A stretch of DNA of 64,000 bases from Hormiphora californensis (Eukaryota > Animalia > Ctenophora), in NCBI GenBank assembly GCA_020137815.1, contig CM035353.1:8184001-8248000 (forward strand), read 5' to 3'. Shown in pieces: positions 58,001 through 64,000 of this stretch. Positions within the stretch are counted from its first letter, which is position 1. Every line of letters begins with the position of its first letter. A program made the position numbers and the translations under genes. The notes below the pieces were generated by a model, which was not told the origin of the DNA, searched no databases, and saw only the letters and a program-made list of their open reading frames with translations.

Positions 58001-61000
58001 CCCACTTTGACCTGATCTCTAAGAAAGTTTCCCACTTTGACCCTCCTAATCTCGATAAAATTTTCCCACTTTGACCCACCTGATCTCTAAGAAAGTTTTT
58101 CCACTTTGACCCTCCTAATCTCTAAGAAAGTTTCCCACTTTGACCTGATCTCTAAGAAAGTTTCCCATTTTGACCTGATCTCTAAGAAAGTTTCCCACTT
58201 TGACCTGATCTCTAAGAAAGTTTCCCACTTTGACCTGATCTCTAAGAAAGTTTCCCACTTTGACCTGATCTCTAAGAAACTTTCCCACTTTGACACTCTT
58301 TATCTCTAAGAAAGCTTCTCACTTTTACCCTCCTTATCTCTAAGAAAGTTTTCCACTTTGACCTGATCTCTAAGAAAGTTTCCCACTTTGACCTGATCTC
58401 TAAGAAAGTTTCCCACTTTGACCCTCCTAATCTCTGAGAAAGTTTCCCACTTTGACCCTCCTAATCTCTAAGAAAGTTTCCCACTTTGACCTGATCTCTA
58501 AGAAAGTTTCCCACTTTGACCCTCCTAATCTCTATAAAATTTTCCCACTTTGACCCACCTGATCTCTAAGAAAGTTTCCCACTTTGACCCTCCTAATCTC
58601 TAAGAAGTTTCCCATTTTGACCTGATCTCTAAGAAAGTTTCCCACTTTGACCTGATCTCTAAGAAAGTTTCCCACTTTGACCCTCCTAATCTCTATAAAA
58701 TTTTCCCACTTTTACCCTCCTAATCTCTAAGAAACTTTCCCACTTTGACCTGATCTCTAAGAAACTTTCCCACTTTAACCCTCCTAATCTCTAAGAAACT
58801 TTCACACTTTGACCCTCCTAATCTCTAAGAAAGTTTCCCACTTTGACCTAATCTCGATAAAATTTTCCCACTTTGACCCACCTGATCTCTAAGAAAGTTT
58901 TTCCACTTTGACCCTCCTAATCTCTAAGAAAGTTTCCCACTTTGACCTGATCTCTAAGAAAGTTTCCCATTTTGACCTGATCTCTAAGAAAGTTTCCCAC
59001 TTTGACCTGATCTCTAAGAAAGTTTCCCACTTTGACCTGATCTCTAAGAAAGTTTCCCACTTTGACCTGATCTCTAAGAAACTTTCCCACTTTGACACTC
59101 TTTATCTCTAAGAAAGCTTCTCACTTTTACCCTCCTTATCTCTAAGAAAGTTTTCCACTTTGACCTGATCTCTAAGAAAGTTTCCCACTTTGACCTGATC
59201 TCTAAGAAAGTTTCCCACTTTGACCCTCCTAATCTCTGAGAAAGTTTCCCACTTTGACCCTCCTAATCTCTAAGAAAGTTTCCCACTTTGACCTGATCTC
59301 TAAGAAAGTTTCCCACTTTGACCCTCCTAATCTCTATAAAATTTTCCCACTTTGACCCACCTGATCTCTAAGAAAGTTTCCCACTTTGACCCTCCTAATC
59401 TCTAAGAAGTTTCCCATTTTGACCTGATCTCTAAGAAAGTTTCCCACTTTGACCTGATCTCTAAGAAAGTTTCCCACTTTGACCCTCCTAATCTCTATAA
59501 AATTTTCCCACTTTTACCCTCCTAATCTCTAAGAAAGTTTCCCACTTTGACCTGATCTCTAAGAAACTTTCCCACTTTAACCCTCCTAATCTCTAAGAAA
59601 CTTTCACACTTTGACCCTCCTAATCTCTAAGAAAGTTTCCCACTTTGACCTGATCTCTAAGAAAGTTTCCCACTTTGACCTGATCTCTAAGAAAGTTTCC
59701 CACTTTGACCCTCCTAATCTCTATAAAATTTTCCCACTTTGACCCACCTGATCTCTAAGAAAGTTTTTCCACTTTGACCCTCCTAATCTCTAAGAAAGTT
59801 TCCCACTTTGACCTGATCTCTAAGAAAGTTTCCCACTTTGACCTGATCTCTAAGAAAGTTTCCCATTTTGACCTGATCTCTAAGAAAGTTTCCCACTTTG
59901 ACCTGATCTCTAAGAAAGTTTCCCACTTTGAGCTGATCTCTAAGAAAGTTTCCCACTTTGACCTGATCTCTTAGAAAGTTTCCCACTTTGAGCTGATCTC
60001 TAAGAAAGTTTCCCACTTTGACCTGATCTCTAAGAAAGTTTCCCACTTTGACCCTCCTAATCTCTAAGAAAGTTTCCCACTTTAACCTGATCTCTAAGAA
60101 AGTTTCCCACTTTGACCCTCCTAGTCTCTAAGAAAGTTTCCCACTTTGACCTGATCTCTAAGAAAGTTTCCCACTTTGACCTGATCTTTAAGAATGTTTC
60201 CCACTTTGACCTGATCTGTAAGAAAGTTTCCCACTTTGACCTGATCTCTAAGAAAGTTTTCCACTTTGACCTGATCTCTAAGAAAGTTTCCCACTTTGAC
60301 CTGATCTCTAAGAAAGTTTCCCACTTTGACCTGATCTCTAAGAAAGTTTCCCACTTTGACCTGATCTCTAAGAAAGTTTCCCACTTTGACCCTCCTAATC
60401 TCTAAGAAACTTTCACACTCTGCACTGACCCTCCTAATCTCTATGAAAGTTTCCCACTTTGACCTGATCTCTAAGAAAGTTTCCCACTTTGACCTGATCT
60501 CTAAGAAAGTTTCCCACTTTGACCTGATCTCTAAGAAAGTTTCCCACTTTGACCTGATCTCTAAGAAAGTTTCCCACTTTGACCTGATCTCTAAGAAACT
60601 TTCCCACTTTGACCCTCCTAATCTCTAAGAAACTTTCCCACTTTGACCCTCCTAATCTCTAAGAAAGTTTCCCACTTTGACCCTCTTAATCTCTAAGATA
60701 GTTTCACACTTTGACCCTCCTAATCTCTAAGAAAGTTTCCCAATTTGACCTGATCTTTAAGAAAGTTTCCCACTTTGACCTGATCTCTAAGAAAGTTTAC
60801 CACTTTGACCTGTTCTCTAAGAAAGTTTCCCACTTTGACCTGATCTCTAAGAAAGTTTCCCACTTTGACCTGATCTCTAAGAAAGTTTCCCACTTTGACC
60901 TGATCTCTAAGAAAGTTTCCCACTTTGACCTCTTATCTCTAAGAAAGCTTTCCCACTTTGACCCTCCTTAATCTCTAAGATAAGTTTCCCACTTTGACCC

Positions 61001-64000
61001 TCCTAATCTCTAAGAAAGTTTCCCACTTTGACCTGATCTCTAAGAAAGTTTCCCACTTTGACCCTCCTAATCTCTAAGAAACTTTCCCACTTTGACCCTC
61101 CTAATCTCTAAGAAAGTTTCCCACTTTGACCTGATCTCTAAGAAAGTTTCCCACTTTGACCCTCCTAATCTCTATAAAAGTTTCCCACTTTGACCCTCCT
61201 AATCTCTAAGAAAGTTTCCCACTTTGACCCTCCTAATCTCTAAGAAAGTTTCCCATTTTGACCTGATCTCTAAGAAAGTTTCCCACTTTGACCTGATCTC
61301 TAAGAAAGTTTCCCACTTTGACCCTCCTAATCTCTATAAAATTTTCCCACTTTTACCCTCCTAATCTCTAAGAAACTTTCCCACTTTGACCTGATCTCTA
61401 AGAAACTTTCCCACTTTAACCCTCCTAATCTCTAAGAAACTTTCACACTTTGACCCTCCTAATCTCTAAGAAAGTTTCCCACTTTGACCTAATCTCGATA
61501 AAATTTTCCCACTTTGACCCACCTGATCTCTAAGAAAGTTTTTCCACTTTGACCCTCCTAATCTCTAAGAAAGTTTCCCACTTTGACCTGATCTCTAAGA
61601 AAGTTTCCCATTTTGACCTGATCTCTAAGAAAGTTTCCCACTTTGACCTGATCTCTAAGAAAGTTTCCCACTTTGACCTGATCTCTAAGAAAGTTTCCCA
61701 CTTTGACCTGATCTCTAAGAAACTTTCCCACTTTGACACTCTTTATCTCTAAGAAAGCTTCTCACTTTTACCCTCCTTATCTCTAAGAAAGTTTTCCACT
61801 TTGACCTGATCTCTAAGAAAGTTTCCCACTTTGACCTGATCTCTAAGAAAGTTTCCCACTTTGACCCTCCTAATCTCTGAGAAAGTTTCCCACTTTGACC
61901 CTCCTAATCTCTAAGAAAGTTTCCCACTTTGACCTGATCTCTAAGAAAGTTTCCCACTTTGACCCTCCTAATCTCTATAAAATTTTCCCACTTTGACCCA
62001 CCTGATCTCTAAGAAAGTTTCCCACTTTGACCCTCCTAATCTCTAAGAAGTTTCCCATTTTGACCTGATCTCTAAGAAAGTTTCCCACTTTGACCTGATC
62101 TCTAAGAAAGTTTCCCACTTTGACCCTCCTAATCTCTATAAAATTTTCCCACTTTTACCCTCCTAATCTCTAAGAAAGTTTCCCACTTTGACCTGATCTC
62201 TAAGAAACTTTCCCACTTTAACCCTCCTAATCTCTAAGAAACTTTCACACTTTGACCCTCCTAATCTCTAAGAAAGTTTCCCACTTTGACCTGATCTCTA
62301 AGAAAGTTTCCCACTTTGACCTGATCTCTAAGAAAGTTTCCCACTTTGACCCTCCTAATCTCTATAAAATTTTCCCACTTTGACCCACCTGATCTCTAAG
62401 AAAGTTTTTCCACTTTGACCCTCCTAATCTCTAAGAAAGTTTCCCACTTTGACCTGATCTCTAAGAAAGTTTCCCACTTTGACCTGATCTCTAAGAAAGT
62501 TTCCCATTTTGACCTGATCTCTAAGAAAGTTTCCCACTTTGACCTGATCTCTAAGAAAGTTTCCCACTTTGAGCTGATCTCTAAGAAAGTTTCCCACTTT
62601 GACCTGATCTCTTAGAAAGTTTCCCACTTTGACCTGATCTCTAAGAAAGTTTCCCACTTTGACCTGATCTCTAAGAAAGTTTCCCACTTTGACCCTCCTA
62701 ATCTCTAAGAAAGTTTCCCACTTTGACCTGATCTCTAAGAAAGTTTCCCACTTTGACCCTCCTAATCTCTAAGAAAGTTTCCCACTTTGACCTGATCTCT
62801 AAGAAAGTTTCCCACTTTGACCTGATCTCTAAGAAAGTTTCCCACTTTGACCTGATCTCTAAGAAAGTTTTCCACTTTGACCTGATCTCTAAGAAAGTTT
62901 CCCACTTTGACCTGATCTCTAAGAAAGTTTCCCACTTTGACCTGATCTCTAAGAAAGTTTCCCACTTTGACCTGATCTCTAAGAAAGTTTCCCACTTTGA
63001 CCCTCCTAATCTCTAAGAAACTTTCACACTCTGCACTGACCCTCCTAATCTCTATGAAAGTTTCCCACTTTGACCTGATCTCTAAGAAAGTTTCCCACTT
63101 TGACCTGATCTCTATGAAAGTTTCCCACTTTGACCTGATCTCTAAGAAAGTTTCCCACTTTGACCTGATCTCTAAGAAAGTTTTCCACTTTGACCTGATC
63201 TCTAAGAAACTATCCCACTTTGACCCTCCTTATCTCTAAGAAACTTTCCCACTTTGACCCTCCTAATCTCTAAGAAACTTTCCCACTTTGACCCTCCTAA
63301 TCTCTAAGAAACTTTCCCACTTTGACCCTCCTTATCTCTAAGAAACTTTCCCACTTTGACCCTCCTTATCTCTAAGAAACTTTCCCTCTTTGACCTTCTT
63401 TATCTCTAAGAAACTTTCCCAATTTGACCCTCCTAATCTCTAAGAAACTTTCCCACTTTGACCCTCCTAATCTCTAAGAAACTTTCCCACTTTGACCCTC
63501 CTAATCTCTAAGAAACTTTCCCACTTTAACCCTCCTTATCTCTAAGAAACTTTCCCACTTTGACCCTTCTAATCTCTAAGAAACTTTCCCATTTTGACCC
63601 TCCTTATCTCTAAGAAACTTTCCCAATTTGACCCTCCTTATCTCTAAGAAACTTTCCCACTTTGACCCTTCGTATCTCTAAGAAACTTTCCCACTTTGAC
63701 CCTCTTAATCTCTAAGAAACTTTCCCACTTTGACCCTCCTTATCTCTAAGAAACTTTCCCACTTTGACCCTCCTTATCTCTAAGAAACATTCCCACTTTG
63801 ACCCTCCTAATCTCTAAGAAATTTTCCCACTTTGACCCTCCTTATCTCTAAGAAACTTTCCCACTTTGACCCTCCTTATCTCTAAGAAACTTTTCCACTT
63901 TGACCCTCCTAATCTCTAAGAAATTTTCCCACTTTGACCCTCCTTATCTCTAAGAAACTTTCCCACTTTGACCCTCCTTATCTCTAAGAAACTTTCCCAT
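55070..64000. repeat. Intronic satellite of 30-bp and 34-bp monomers with higher-order structure
   Basis: CTCTAAGAAAGTTTCCCACTTTGACCTGAT (30 bp) and CTCTAAGAAACTTTCCCACTTTGACCCTCCTAAT (34 bp). Runs to the window end. Confidence 0.97.

Noticed and set aside
55497-63239. Many ORFs of repeated ISKKVSHFDL / GNFLRDQVKV
   Set aside because: Translation of a 30-bp satellite, open in several frames, with no coding evidence.

Overview
Intron-rich eukaryotic (animal-like) genomic DNA. Genes nested in introns and a splice acceptor just before nearly every start codon suggest a trans-splicing invertebrate such as a ctenophore (inference only). Host genes: a ~20.5-kb ABCC4/MRP4-like transporter (- strand) with two + strand genes inside its introns (a secreted Cys-rich repeat protein and an SLC17-like MFS transporter), a rhodopsin-class GPCR, a GLUT/SLC2 sugar transporter, SDA1, and the 5' part of a YTHDC2-like R3H-DEAH helicase whose intron holds a >8.9-kb 30/34-bp satellite. 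Mobile DNA is abundant: an RNase H-bearing LINE fragment, an L2/CR1-type LINE split by a palindromic TTAA element, an ORF1-only LINE derivative and several foldback elements. Top candidates for novelty: (1) a CRE-like retrotransposon with a second, divergent, stand-alone zinc-knuckle/restriction-like endonuclease ORF inside a single 17-bp target-site duplication; (2) a foldback DNA element with 5S rRNA-derived promoter boxes in both arms; (3) 14 tandem copies of an ABCC splice acceptor. Coordinates were read by eye and no database searches were run.
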